A stretch of 64,000 bases of DNA from a virus: positions 3,580 through 67,579 of the IMG/VR virus record IMGVR_UViG_3300044714_000052, one strand, 5' to 3'. Under the pieces are notes generated by a model that had not been told where the DNA came from, ran no database searches, and saw only the letters and a list, made by a program, of their open reading frames with translations. Position numbers and translations under genes: made by a program. Shown piece after piece: positions 8,489 through 17,600 of this stretch (its first letter is position 1; every line of letters starts with the position of its first letter).

Positions 8489-8727
8489 CCCGCCTGCTGG
8501 ATTGCCAAGACGAGCACCGCAAGCCGGCCGACCTGCTCGATGGGCGCGTCTTGGTCGATCCATTCGATTCGGGCGTGTCATATCGACTCAATGAGTATGG
8601 CGAGCCGTGCGCCCTCTATCGGCCACCGATCGGAGCTTACCTCGCCGGGGCATTCGTCTGGCTCGCGTTTATCGCGCTCGCCGTCAGCTTCTATAGGGTC
8701 GGGCGCTGGTACGGATGGTGGCCGTGA
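8485..8727 (+). CDS. Small membrane protein
   Basis: C-terminal TM helix; coupled. Confidence 0.55.
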   Translation: MTRLLDCQDEHRKPADLLDGRVLVDPFDSGVSYRLNEYGEPCALYRPPIGAYLAGAFVWLAFIALAVSFYRVGRWYGWWP

Positions 8728-9374
8728 TGGCAACTTCACCGCGCGGCTACCATGCAGCCGACGGCGAGCGGGTGCCGTCAGTCACGACTATCCTGAGCCG
8801 GTTTAAAGAATCCGGCGGCCTAATTCATTGGGCTTGGCGGTTAGGCACTGAAGGCAAGGACTATCGGGAGGTCCGCGATCAAGCGGCCGATGCGGGAACA
8901 TTAGCCCATAAAGCCGTTGATGCATGGGTGCGCGGAAACATCCCTTCTTTTGAGCATGCCGACGCCATCGTTTCCGAGCGCGCCCAAAGAGCTTTCGAGG
9001 CGTTTTGCAAATGGGCTGAACAATCGGCTCTCCGAGTGACGCAGAGCGAGGTCAGGATGATCTCGGAAAATCACCGCTTCGGAGGCACCTGTGACGCGAT
9101 CGTCATCGGCAATCGCCGGGCCATCTGCGACTGGAAATCGAGCGCCGCGATTTACCCCGAATATCTCGTCCAAGTCAGGGCCTATGGCCATCTTTGGACA
9201 GAGACGCGCGACGGCGAGCCGATAGATGGCGGCTATCATTTGATCCGCTTCGACAAGGAATATGGAGATTTCCACCATCATTTCTGGTCCGAGCTAGACG
9301 ATGCATGGGAGGCTTTCCTAGCGCTTCGTCGACTCTACGACATCGACAAAATCCTCAAGGCGAGGGCCAAATGA
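8727..9374 (+). CDS. PD-(D/E)XK exonuclease (phage recombination)
   Basis: PSVTTIL, GT..H, FGGTCD, DWKS, Q..AY motifs. Confidence 0.85.
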   Translation: MATSPRGYHAADGERVPSVTTILSRFKESGGLIHWAWRLGTEGKDYREVRDQAADAGTLAHKAVDAWVRGNIPSFEHADAIVSERAQRAFEAFCKWAEQSALRVTQSEVRMISENHRFGGTCDAIVIGNRRAICDWKSSAAIYPEYLVQVRAYGHLWTETRDGEPIDGGYHLIRFDKEYGDFHHHFWSELDDAWEAFLALRRLYDIDKILKARAK

Positions 9375-10918
9375 GCGAGCACGAGATCATTGTTCCCGGC
9401 AAGCCAACGCGTGCGACCATGATTAAGGGTCTCGTGCCAGCGCTCCCGGAGCGCGGCAAGATCAAGATCGGCTACAAGGGGCGCGTTATAAAGTCCCGCC
9501 TCGGCAATAAATTTCAGCCGCCAGAGAAACTTGACCACTTCCTCATCACAACGACCGAGCGCGACTCCACAGACAATTTCAAAAAAGACGCCGAAATCCA
9601 TAAGCGGCTTGGCGAGAAGCCAACCGAAATCCCGGTGCGTCTTCTCTACGATGATCCGACGCTAAATTTCCCGACCCGTTACGCTTGCTTCCGAGGCCGC
9701 ACCTTGTGGTGCTCTGGCGACGGAGAGCGGGCGAGCCGCCTAGCGAACGACGGCACCTATCATGACATTCAATGCCCATGCCCGCGTAAAGACCCAGGAT
9801 ATGCCGGCCCCGATAAGTGCAAAATGAACGGCGCGCTTTCGGTGATGATCGACGGTGCTGGCGGGCTCGGCGGCGTCTGGAAATTTCGCACCACATCTTA
9901 CAACAGCATCGTCAATATCTTGTCGGCAATGGCATTGCTGCGGAGTGTTACCGGCGGAGCGCTTGCCAACATCCCGCTCATCCTGCGAGTTGGCCCTAAA
10001 CAGGGGACCAAGCCGGATGGCTCACCAGTGACGATATTCATGGTCTCTCTTGAATATCCCGGCGACGCCGACTCACTACAGCAGCGAGCCTTGGCCCGCT
10101 CGCAGTCGATGATGAACATCGCTAGCATTGAGGCCGAGGCGCGCCGGATGCTTTCCTTGTCGCCACCTTCTATCCCGCTTGCTGGCGATACGGTCAGCGA
10201 TGTGGTGGAAGAGTTCTACCCAGAGCAGGTATCCCCGGCAGATTACGATGAGACTACCGGGGAAGTCCATCACACACTGGAAGAGCGAGCGCGCCATTCT
10301 GCGGCCGCTGGCAAAGATGCCCTGGCTGTCTTTTGGAAAGCGTTAACTCAGGACGAGCGCCACGAAATCAAAGGCTTGGTACTGCCGCCTAAACCTGGCG
10401 AATATGCCGAGCTAACGCATATCGCCATCGCAGCGGATGCGGCGCGGGCATTAGCGGAGGCTAATGCGGCGGACGATGCCGCTGCGGCTGCGGCTGAAGA
10501 ATTGCCGGACGACCCATTCGGCTTGCCGCCGATCACAGAACAAGCTCAGCCTGACGCCCAGGCCGAGCCGGCCGAGGAAGGTTCCCCTCCCGCCCCTTCC
10601 TCGGCCGGTCCAGATCGACCTTCAGTCGTGGATATGCTCGGAGCCCGATCGGACAAACTTCATACGGACTCTGAGGTTTCGCTGCCGCCACGGCGTGGGG
10701 CGCTCATCGTCGATTTCCGCACCGACCTCGTGGGCGAGGCCATGCACGAAGCGACGTGCGACGACCTGATCGCGGCGTTCAAGGTGCTGCCCACGCTGGC
10801 CGAGATGCACCGGTTTATCAAGGCCAACTCGCAGACAATCCAGGCGCTGTCGGACGAGGCGGACGAGCGCTGGCGCGAGGCGTCGGCGGAGAGGATGCGG
10901 GAGAAGGCCGATGGCTGA
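9371..10918 (+). CDS. Gp3-like (recombination directionality factor-like) protein, possibly a strand-annealing protein
   Basis: LPERGKIKIG.KG...PEKLDHF, WCSGDGE, CPC, GGVWKFRTTSYNS; long acidic tail. Confidence 0.75.
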   Translation: MSEHEIIVPGKPTRATMIKGLVPALPERGKIKIGYKGRVIKSRLGNKFQPPEKLDHFLITTTERDSTDNFKKDAEIHKRLGEKPTEIPVRLLYDDPTLNFPTRYACFRGRTLWCSGDGERASRLANDGTYHDIQCPCPRKDPGYAGPDKCKMNGALSVMIDGAGGLGGVWKFRTTSYNSIVNILSAMALLRSVTGGALANIPLILRVGPKQGTKPDGSPVTIFMVSLEYPGDADSLQQRALARSQSMMNIASIEAEARRMLSLSPPSIPLAGDTVSDVVEEFYPEQVSPADYDETTGEVHHTLEERARHSAAAGKDALAVFWKALTQDERHEIKGLVLPPKPGEYAELTHIAIAADAARALAEANAADDAAAAAAEELPDDPFGLPPITEQAQPDAQAEPAEEGSPPAPSSAGPDRPSVVDMLGARSDKLHTDSEVSLPPRRGALIVDFRTDLVGEAMHEATCDDLIAAFKVLPTLAEMHRFIKANSQTIQALSDEADERWREASAERMREKADG

Positions 10919-11369
10919 CGCGAACCCGGAGCCGGGCTGGTACCTCATTACGCACACAAGCCGGCTGCCGGAATGCTGGTTTCGTCGGCGTGACGGGCGC
11001 TGGTCACCGCATCGCTATCATGCGTTCCCGACAGATGAACTCCCCGAAGGTTGGGCCCTCGGCTCGCGCATCGACGACCTGCTGCGCGATGCAACGCGGT
11101 ATCGGTGGCAACCAATAGGGACTGCACCCAAAGACGGGTCGCGTGTTCGTTTGTTCATCCCTTACCTCGCAGAGGCATGGGAATGTGAGGACACCGGAGT
11201 CTGGAAACAGGACGAGGGGGAGTGTGGCTGTTGGCGATTTGAAGGTGACGACGGGCCAGATGACATGCAGCCTACGCACTGGATGCCTCTCTCGGAACCG
11301 CCGAGTCTTGCTGAAATCGATGCCGAAATTGCGCGTGACGCCGAGGTCGCGCGGGAGAAGCGGCCGTGA
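10911..11369 (+). CDS. DUF551-like protein
   Basis: WQPIGTAPKDG ... PTHWMPL. Confidence 0.75.
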   Translation: MADANPEPGWYLITHTSRLPECWFRRRDGRWSPHRYHAFPTDELPEGWALGSRIDDLLRDATRYRWQPIGTAPKDGSRVRLFIPYLAEAWECEDTGVWKQDEGECGCWRFEGDDGPDDMQPTHWMPLSEPPSLAEIDAEIARDAEVAREKRP

Positions 11370-11638
11370 GGTGCGTGGTGTGTCAAGGCAGTGGCAAGCA
11401 AACAGTTGTCATCGCGGAACGTGAGAATGGCGAGCCGTACATCATCGGGCGACTTCCCTGCAAGCACTGCAACGGCAGCGGCCACTCCTATTGCTGTGAT
11501 GATGCTGGCGCCGGAATAGCTGAAGGCGGCGTCTCCAGCCCGGAGCCCAAGTTTAGCCGCTGTTTTGAATGTGGGCTTGAGCCATACGAATGTCGGTGCC
11601 CAACGCCCGGAAGGGCGCAGCCGGAGGATGCGCCATGA
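11366..11638 (+). CDS. Zinc-finger protein (DnaJ-like CxxCxGxG repeats)
   Basis: CVVCQGSG, CKHCNGSG, CCD, CFEC. Confidence 0.7.
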   Translation: MRCVVCQGSGKQTVVIAERENGEPYIIGRLPCKHCNGSGHSYCCDDAGAGIAEGGVSSPEPKFSRCFECGLEPYECRCPTPGRAQPEDAP

Positions 11639-12099
11639 CTCGCGAAGAAGCGCGGGCCATTGCCTGCATTGCCCTTGAGCGAGCGCTAAGAACGACGCGT
11701 GGCGGGTCGCAGGCAGAGGAAGACTGTATCGCGGATGCGATCCTGGCCGCGGTCGCTGGCGAGACGGAGCGGTGCGCTGAAATTGTCCTTGGGATGCGCA
11801 ACCAGCGGCACGCCTATCGGCGAATTGTTGGCGATCCCAAGGCGAGATTGCCGAAATATCATCATTGGGCACTCCCGTTCATCGATGATGTAACCTTGGA
11901 TGAATTGCGCCGTGCGCAGCCTCTCGATCAGTGGCACGAAGCCGAAGGCGATGTGCTGTGGTGGGAGTTTCCAGTCAGCGAGCCGCCATATGTAGGCTCG
12001 CCGCTCGACACGGGATGGCCAGGCTATCACACCCATTGGACGCGGATCGCGTTGCCAGATGGTCCCGATCGCCAGCCGGAGCCGGAGAAGGCGCCATGA
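11635..12099 (+). CDS. Hypothetical phage protein
   Basis: WHEAEGDVLWW..PV.EPPYVGSPLD..WPGYHTHW motif. Confidence 0.7.
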   Translation: MTREEARAIACIALERALRTTRGGSQAEEDCIADAILAAVAGETERCAEIVLGMRNQRHAYRRIVGDPKARLPKYHHWALPFIDDVTLDELRRAQPLDQWHEAEGDVLWWEFPVSEPPYVGSPLDTGWPGYHTHWTRIALPDGPDRQPEPEKAP

Positions 12100-12317
12100 C
12101 GCGCCCTCAAGGTCAAAGGCGGTGCGAGCAAATGGTGCACGGGGGGCGCTATCACACTGACTTTCGGTGCACGAACAGGGCTCTTTATCAAATCGACGGC
12201 ATGAGCCTTTGCGGCATTCACCTGAAGCGCATCATGAAACTGAAGGCCGATGATGATGCCGCCGCAAAACAATTGGAAGCCGCTGGGATTGAGCGATTGC
12301 CGGAGGACGCGCCATGA
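12096..12317 (+). CDS. Small zinc-binding hypothetical protein
   Basis: C...C...CxxH; RBS, coupled. Confidence 0.6.
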   Translation: MTRPQGQRRCEQMVHGGRYHTDFRCTNRALYQIDGMSLCGIHLKRIMKLKADDDAAAKQLEAAGIERLPEDAP

Positions 12318-12514
12318 AAGGCGCCGTGCCGATCGCCGACTTGGAACTCTACGATGCGGCGCACGCGGTCATCGACAAAATCCGCATGCACGTCGATCAC
12401 GCTGAGTACGAGGGCGGCATGAACGCTGTCGAGGACTTCCGCGAGATCGCGACGCATCTCCGGTGGAAACACGCCGACAAGGTGCCAGACCCGTTAGAAG
12501 AGGATGCGCCATGA
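12314..12514 (+). CDS. Hypothetical protein
   Basis: RBS, coupled. Confidence 0.6.
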   Translation: MKGAVPIADLELYDAAHAVIDKIRMHVDHAEYEGGMNAVEDFREIATHLRWKHADKVPDPLEEDAP

Positions 12515-12792
12515 CGCGCGCGGATATCAGGCGACTGATCCGAGATGCGCGGCGGCGGGGATTAGATCGCTGGCTCAATTATTCGGGGGACGACCCTGAG
12601 ATGATGCTATCGCAAAGCCGATGCGAATTCGACGAACTTACCACCGCGATACAGGCAGCGGTCGCTGAGCGCGACAAGGCCTGGCGGGAATGGCTTGATC
12701 GCCACATCACGTACTGGGATGCGATCCCGACCTACGATGTAGACCCGGCGCCCGATCGCGAATCAGGGCCACCGGAGAAGGCTGATGGCTGA
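12511..12792 (+). CDS. Hypothetical protein
   Basis: RBS, coupled; C-terminus resembles 16237-16464. Confidence 0.6.
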   Translation: MTRADIRRLIRDARRRGLDRWLNYSGDDPEMMLSQSRCEFDELTTAIQAAVAERDKAWREWLDRHITYWDAIPTYDVDPAPDRESGPPEKADG

Positions 12793-12943
12793 GTTGACCG
12801 AGTCGGAATGGCTGCACGTCTGGCTCTTCCGCGAGCTGCTGAAGCACAACGAACGCGACGAGAAGTTGCAGGGCAATGCGTGGGAGTTGGGCCGCTGGCT
12901 ACGGGCGGAAGGGAAGGCCGAGCCGGAGCATGCGAATGGGTGA
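12785..12943 (+). CDS. Small hypothetical protein (52 aa, not in the ORF track)
   Basis: GGAG RBS; MAELTESEWLHVWLFRELL...; fills the operon gap. Confidence 0.55.
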   Translation: MAELTESEWLHVWLFRELLKHNERDEKLQGNAWELGRWLRAEGKAEPEHANG

Positions 12944-13187
12944 CCCGCTCATCCTTGCTGGCAAAGACAACTTCGGTAAGCCGCGGCAAGCGTTTGCCGA
13001 CAAAATTGCTGCACTCGACGATGCCGGCTTCACCAGTGAGGCCGCAGATTGCATCTGGCTCTCAGCCTACGCCAACAACAATCCGCGCTCCGACTACCAC
13101 TGGCAGGCGGACGCCTGTTATGCGGAAAGCCAGCGACGCGGCAAGCCAGAACTCTACAAGATCGCTTTCAAGAAGGCGACGGCGTGA
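12936..13187 (+). CDS. Hypothetical protein
   Basis: RBS; WLSAYANNNPRSDYHWQADACY. Confidence 0.65.
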   Translation: MGDPLILAGKDNFGKPRQAFADKIAALDDAGFTSEAADCIWLSAYANNNPRSDYHWQADACYAESQRRGKPELYKIAFKKATA

Positions 13188-13211
13188 CTAGACGCTGGCC
13201 GGAGAAGGCGG

Positions 13212-13499
13212 ATGGGTGAGCGGCCCTACACCCCGAAGACGGCGGCCGAACATCTCGCTTGCAGCGCGTCGCATATTAGAAAACTCTGCCGCGGGGGAAA
13301 ATTGCGGCACTTCCGCCTTGGCGGCGACGAGCGCGGACCGATCCGCATTACCCCCGACGCGTTGGGGGAATTCGTGCGATGCGCCTCGTCTGGTTCCGCG
13401 GCAGATGGCATGCCTATGAGCGAACCCCTGCCGGAGCCCGGCGATACAGCCTTGGCACCAAGAATCGTCAGGTTGCGGAACGTGCTCTCCAAGACCTAG
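13212..13499 (+). CDS. Excisionase-like HTH protein
   Basis: YTPKTAAEHLACSASHIRKLC..GKL..FRLG; overlaps the integrase start. Confidence 0.8.
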   Translation: MGERPYTPKTAAEHLACSASHIRKLCRGGKLRHFRLGGDERGPIRITPDALGEFVRCASSGSAADGMPMSEPLPEPGDTALAPRIVRLRNVLSKT

Positions 13500-14335
13500 A
13501 AGCAAGCCGGAGGCGCAAGGCAACCACCGTGACCGAGATGTACGAGGATTATCACGCCGACCGCGGGCACGCTCTTGCCAGCCGGGAGACGCTGGGTTTC
13601 GCGTGGAAGCGGTTGAAGCCGATCTTCGGGCATCTGAGGCCGGATCAGGTCACCCGCGCTCTCACGCGCGCCTATGCGCTCAAGGAGACGCGTCGCGGTG
13701 TCGGGCCATCTTCGATACGCCGTGACCTCGGCGTGCTGGGTGCGATCGTGCGCTACAACGACAAGCAGTCGCCGGCGGTGATCGAACTGCCGCCCGCACC
13801 ACCTCCGAAGACGCATCACCTGACCCGCGAGGAATACAGGTCGCTCAGGGATGCGGCTCAGAAGATTCCTCACCTCTATGTGTTCGTGGTGCTCGCCTAC
13901 ACGACAGCCGGCCGGGCCGGCGCGATCTTGGAATTGACCTGGGATCGTGTAGATTTCGAGCGCCGCCTGATAGCGCTTGGAAGTGGCGAGCGCCGAGTGA
14001 AAGGCCGCGCCACGGTTCCGATGACAGGAGGATGTCATGTAGCCCTGACCGAAGCCCGCCGAAGCTCCCTCTCGGATTATGTGGTGGAGTATGCCGGGCG
14101 GCGGGTGCGCTCTGTGAAACGAGCGTTCAAGGCGGCTGTGGAGCGGGCCGGGTTGGACCCAAGCACAAGCCCGCATGTCTTACGCCATAGCGCCGCCGTC
14201 CACATGGCCGAGAGCGGCGTCCCTATGGCGGAGATCGCACAATACCTGGGTCACAGCAGCGAGAGCGTGACCTACCGGGTGTATGCTCGGTTCAGCCCCG
14301 ATCATCTCAGGAAAGCCGCGGGAGCATTAGAATGA
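13379..14335 (+). CDS. int: Tyrosine integrase
   Basis: TAGR, K, HVLRH, LGH, VYA catalytic set. Confidence 0.95.
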   Translation: MRLVWFRGRWHAYERTPAGARRYSLGTKNRQVAERALQDLEASRRRKATTVTEMYEDYHADRGHALASRETLGFAWKRLKPIFGHLRPDQVTRALTRAYALKETRRGVGPSSIRRDLGVLGAIVRYNDKQSPAVIELPPAPPPKTHHLTREEYRSLRDAAQKIPHLYVFVVLAYTTAGRAGAILELTWDRVDFERRLIALGSGERRVKGRATVPMTGGCHVALTEARRSSLSDYVVEYAGRRVRSVKRAFKAAVERAGLDPSTSPHVLRHSAAVHMAESGVPMAEIAQYLGHSSESVTYRVYARFSPDHLRKAAGALE

Positions 14336-14592
14336 GTAGCTGGCCGAAATTCATTTCTCACAAGGTCGTTCAGGCCGCCCCGATCGTTTCGATTGGTGAG
14401 TCCACGAGCCCTGACACCTTACGCGTGATCATGGTAGAGCCGCTTGGAGATGGCGTTTGGGAGCCATTCGCACCGACAGAGCCGGGGATGGGCGCCCGCG
14501 CGAGGGTTGGCGATTATGCCGTGGTCTATGACGACGGCTTCAAATCAATCAGCCCGAAGAAGGCATTTGAGGAGGGATACCTTCGCCAATGA
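14332..14592 (+). CDS. Hypothetical phage protein
   Basis: SHKVVQA ... GDY.V.YDDGFKS.SP...FEEGY. Confidence 0.75.
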   Translation: MSSWPKFISHKVVQAAPIVSIGESTSPDTLRVIMVEPLGDGVWEPFAPTEPGMGARARVGDYAVVYDDGFKSISPKKAFEEGYLRQ

Positions 14593-14837
14593 TCAAGGCA
14601 ACGATGACCGACGAGAACGGCCGCACGGTTCTGATGGTCGGCCTATCATTCGGCAACCTCGCAAAGTTCAAGGCGATGCCGATGGACACATTCATCAAGA
14701 TCGACGGTAAGGCAATGGGCCTCCCGATCGACGTGCTGCTGTTCTCGGGTGAGACGGAAGGCGAGATGGGCAGGTTCTTCGCCGGCAGGATTGGCCCTGA
14801 GACGAGGGTTCATATAGACCCAAAGCTTGCCACGTAA
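14589..14837 (+). CDS. Hypothetical protein
   Basis: GGAGG RBS, coupled. Confidence 0.65.
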   Translation: MIKATMTDENGRTVLMVGLSFGNLAKFKAMPMDTFIKIDGKAMGLPIDVLLFSGETEGEMGRFFAGRIGPETRVHIDPKLAT

Positions 14838-15090
14838 GCAGCCGCGCCCAAGGATGTTCCCTCTTGTGCATCCGATCACACGCCCAACAACGCATCGGGA
14901 ACATGACGCCGGTTCCTGCCGCGGATTTGCTGGAGGATGCAAGGGAATGCGCTTGGGACCGAGCCGAGAAGGCCCTTCACACTGGCGCGCTCGGTTGTTC
15001 TGTGTTAAGGTGACGGTCATTGATTCCATAGGGGATTTTTGGCTGTGAATGCAGAAGATGGGATGTGCTCTACCTTATCAGATGATCACG

Positions 15091-15165
15091 GGGAGGTTAG
15101 CTCAGAGGTAGAGCGGTCCGTTCACATCGGACAGGGCGTTGGTTCGACCCCAACACCTCCCACCA
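15091..15165 (+). tRNA. tRNA-Val (anticodon CAC)
   Basis: GGGAGGT/ACCTCCC acceptor stem, GCTC/GAGC D stem, GTCCG-TTCACAT-CGGAC anticodon arm, GTTGG-TTCGACC-CCAAC T arm, ACCA end. Confidence 0.92.
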
Positions 15166-15167
15166 CC

Positions 15168-15599
15168 TTGGCGCAGTTCTGGAGCCGCGTTTGCGTAGGG
15201 ACAGCGCGGGCTTGCTGGCCGTGGCACGGCAATCGAACCACGAGTGGATACGGAAGGTTTCAGCTACCAGGCGGGGCGATTGTTGCGGCGCATCGGTTCG
15301 CATGGGAAATCGTAAAGGGTCCGATCCCAAGCGGGGCAATGATAATTCATTCCTGCGACAACCCGCCTTGTTGTAACCCGGCACATCTCCGGCCCGGCTC
15401 CGCGCAGGACAATGCAACCGATCGCGAGGCCCACGGTCGCGGCGTCAAATCCTTTGGCGCGCGCAATGGCAACGGCAAGCTGACCGACGAACAGGTAGCC
15501 AGCATTCGCGCTGATACTCGACGTGGCGCAACTATCGCCCGCGAATATGGCGTCTCGCAAGCGCTGATATCGATGATCCGCAAAGGTGACCGGCGATGA
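15168..15599 (+). CDS. HNH homing endonuclease with C-terminal HTH (start uncertain; frame open from 15039)
   Basis: FWSRV..CWPW...GYG.F...AHRFAW...HSCDNPPCCNPAHL..G...DN. Confidence 0.9.
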   Translation: MAQFWSRVCVGTARACWPWHGNRTTSGYGRFQLPGGAIVAAHRFAWEIVKGPIPSGAMIIHSCDNPPCCNPAHLRPGSAQDNATDREAHGRGVKSFGARNGNGKLTDEQVASIRADTRRGATIAREYGVSQALISMIRKGDRR

Positions 15600-15761
15600 C
15601 TGGTTCGATCACAGCATCGCCCACACCCATCATCGCGGGCAGAGTCTCGGTACCGCAGCCGACGGGCGGCACACGACTCCCGCTTGGCTCTGACTAAAAT
15701 GTCCCCGGCGACCCCGCGATGACCCCGTATCAATGGGTTATGTCCTGAGAGGAAATCCACG

Positions 15762-15998
15762 ATGGAGCACGAGAAGCTGTACCGGCACATAGCCTTTAAC
15801 CCGACAATGCGGTCGCTAGAGCAGGTAATCACAAATTTCGGCGCCACCGACACGCCGTGGCGGCTCGTGCATGTGGTGCCTTACACGGCATACGAGGCGA
15901 TTGCGGTGTTCGAGCGATTATCAGCCGCCATGGTGGAGCGAGAGCCGTGTGGGTCGGGTGAGGCGACGATGGCACCGAGCGTCACAGCCTCCGCATAA
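15762..15998 (+). CDS. Hypothetical protein
   Basis: GAGG RBS. Confidence 0.5.
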   Translation: MEHEKLYRHIAFNPTMRSLEQVITNFGATDTPWRLVHVVPYTAYEAIAVFERLSAAMVEREPCGSGEATMAPSVTASA

Positions 15999-16027
15999 GC
16001 CGGGCGCGATTTGAGAGGAGAGAGGAA

Positions 16028-16240
16028 ATGAGCGAGAACCCCCCTGTTAGCTTCTGGAGACGCATTAGAGCGCTGCCGCCGCTAACCGAGGAAGTACTAA
16101 ACCGCGCAGCTCTAAGGGCGAAGCTTGATGAGATTTATGAGCGGCGACACGTAAGTATGCGTGATCGCTATTCGGTCGTGGTTAGCTGGCTGTCCGACGA
16201 ACGCCTGGCCGAGCTTGTGAAGGCTGAGGAGGGGGAATGA
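16028..16240 (+). CDS. Hypothetical protein
   Basis: Strong RBS. Confidence 0.6.
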   Translation: MSENPPVSFWRRIRALPPLTEEVLNRAALRAKLDEIYERRHVSMRDRYSVVVSWLSDERLAELVKAEEGE

Positions 16241-16464
16241 GCGAGCCGACAGAAGCCGACAGGCAGGCTGGTTTGCACTTAGTGGGAAATTGCGGTGATC
16301 TGCGGCTTCTTGCTGCGGGGATAGCACATACCATCGCCACTGCCCGTGCTGAGGGTTGGCAGGCCGCGCATCACGCGTGGCAAGACTGGCTTGAAGCGAA
16401 CATCCCCGATTGGGATGCGATGGCGGGGATTGATCTAACGACGCTGCCCAAGGAGCCGAAATGA
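16237..16464 (+). CDS. Hypothetical protein
   Basis: Coupled; paralogous segment to 12511-12792. Confidence 0.6.
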   Translation: MSEPTEADRQAGLHLVGNCGDLRLLAAGIAHTIATARAEGWQAAHHAWQDWLEANIPDWDAMAGIDLTTLPKEPK

Positions 16465-16661
16465 CCGAGCGGACAGATCGCCATCGCGAGATTGCGACAA
16501 AGATTGCGATCAGGGCTGGGCGAGGAGCAGACGAACAGTATGTCGGGTATGTCGCCGCGTGGCTCGCAACCGCATGCGCTGAGGAGCGTGAGCGGTGCGC
16601 CGCCGAGCTTGTGCGCCAACACCTTCCTTGCCTCGCCACCAAAATCAGGAGCGGTGCATGA
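16461..16661 (+). CDS. Hypothetical protein
   Basis: AAGGAG RBS; EERERCA motif. Confidence 0.6.
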   Translation: MTERTDRHREIATKIAIRAGRGADEQYVGYVAAWLATACAEERERCAAELVRQHLPCLATKIRSGA

Positions 16662-16930
16662 GCGAGGTGATCGAACGGGACCGTGAGATGGCGGCGGCCT
16701 TTTGCGGGCGCCATAGGCGCATTCAATACGCCTTTGACGATCTCAGCCAGATGTTCGCCGCCGCCCGTTCGGAAGAACGCGCCGAGTTTGCGCGGCTGGC
16801 GCAGAGCGAGGAGATGATCGAGCGAATAACCAGACGAGCCAGTTATGTGCCGAGCGACATTTCCCGAGGGATCGTAAGAGACATCCTCGCCGCACTCTTC
16901 CACGAAACCGTGGTTCAGTGCGGCGGCTGA
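16658..16930 (+). CDS. Hypothetical protein
   Basis: AGGAG RBS, coupled; last rightward gene. Confidence 0.55.
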   Translation: MSEVIERDREMAAAFCGRHRRIQYAFDDLSQMFAAARSEERAEFARLAQSEEMIERITRRASYVPSDISRGIVRDILAALFHETVVQCGG

Positions 16931-16970
16931 GCGCGACTAACCGATCGCGCTCGCCTGCCGGGCCGGCGCA

Positions 16971-17600
16971 TTATGCCCCGGCGGTCAACTCAAACTGCAT
17001 CGGCGGAACGAAAACCTCGGGCGGCGCGGCAACGAGATTGACGGTCAGGGTGCCGGCAAATGACGGCTGGGCGTTGCCCATCGGCGGGTTCCAAGTCGCA
17101 GTCGCAGTGGCCGATTCGGTCGGCGTGGTGCTGGACGGCGTAAAGGTGAATGTTTCGCCGTCCGGGCCGAGCGTCATGGTGACATCGCTCTGGCTCGCGA
17201 GGCCGGTCAGAACCCATGAAATTTGCGAGCCGGGGATGTTCTGCGGCGGGGTCGATGAGTCCTGGCAGATTACCGAGGATGGGACGGCGACAGTGGGGTT
17301 GATTGCAGTCACGAAAGCCATAGCGGCGGGACTCCAAAATTGCAGTGGGGGGAAGAGGGGGAGTTGCGGATTTACGTCAGCCTCGATCGCCGCCAGCCCA
17401 TCCGCAAGCTGCTGGCTCAATGTGCTGAAGGCAGCCTGTATCTGATTCTCAAGCGCCGTTTGGCCGGCGACCAGCGCATTGACGGAGGTCTGTAGCGTGG
17501 CGAGTTCGAGGCGAAGGTTCGTCGTGTCGGAGGTAAGATTTGCCAAAATTAGCTGAACATCCTCAAGGATGGTCAGGATGTCGGCTTGTGAGGTTGCCAT
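16971..17600 (-). CDS. Hypothetical protein (N-terminal coiled coil, beta-rich C-terminus)
   Basis: RBS; composition. Confidence 0.65.
   Translation of the reverse strand: MATSQADILTILEDVQLILANLTSDTTNLRLELATLQTSVNALVAGQTALENQIQAAFSTLSQQLADGLAAIEADVNPQLPLFPPLQFWSPAAMAFVTAINPTVAVPSSVICQDSSTPPQNIPGSQISWVLTGLASQSDVTMTLGPDGETFTFTPSSTTPTESATATATWNPPMGNAQPSFAGTLTVNLVAAPPEVFVPPMQFELTAGA

Noticed and set aside
8727-9374. Cas4-like nuclease as evidence of a CRISPR-Cas system
   Set aside because: Sits in a phage recombination module; no array or other cas genes
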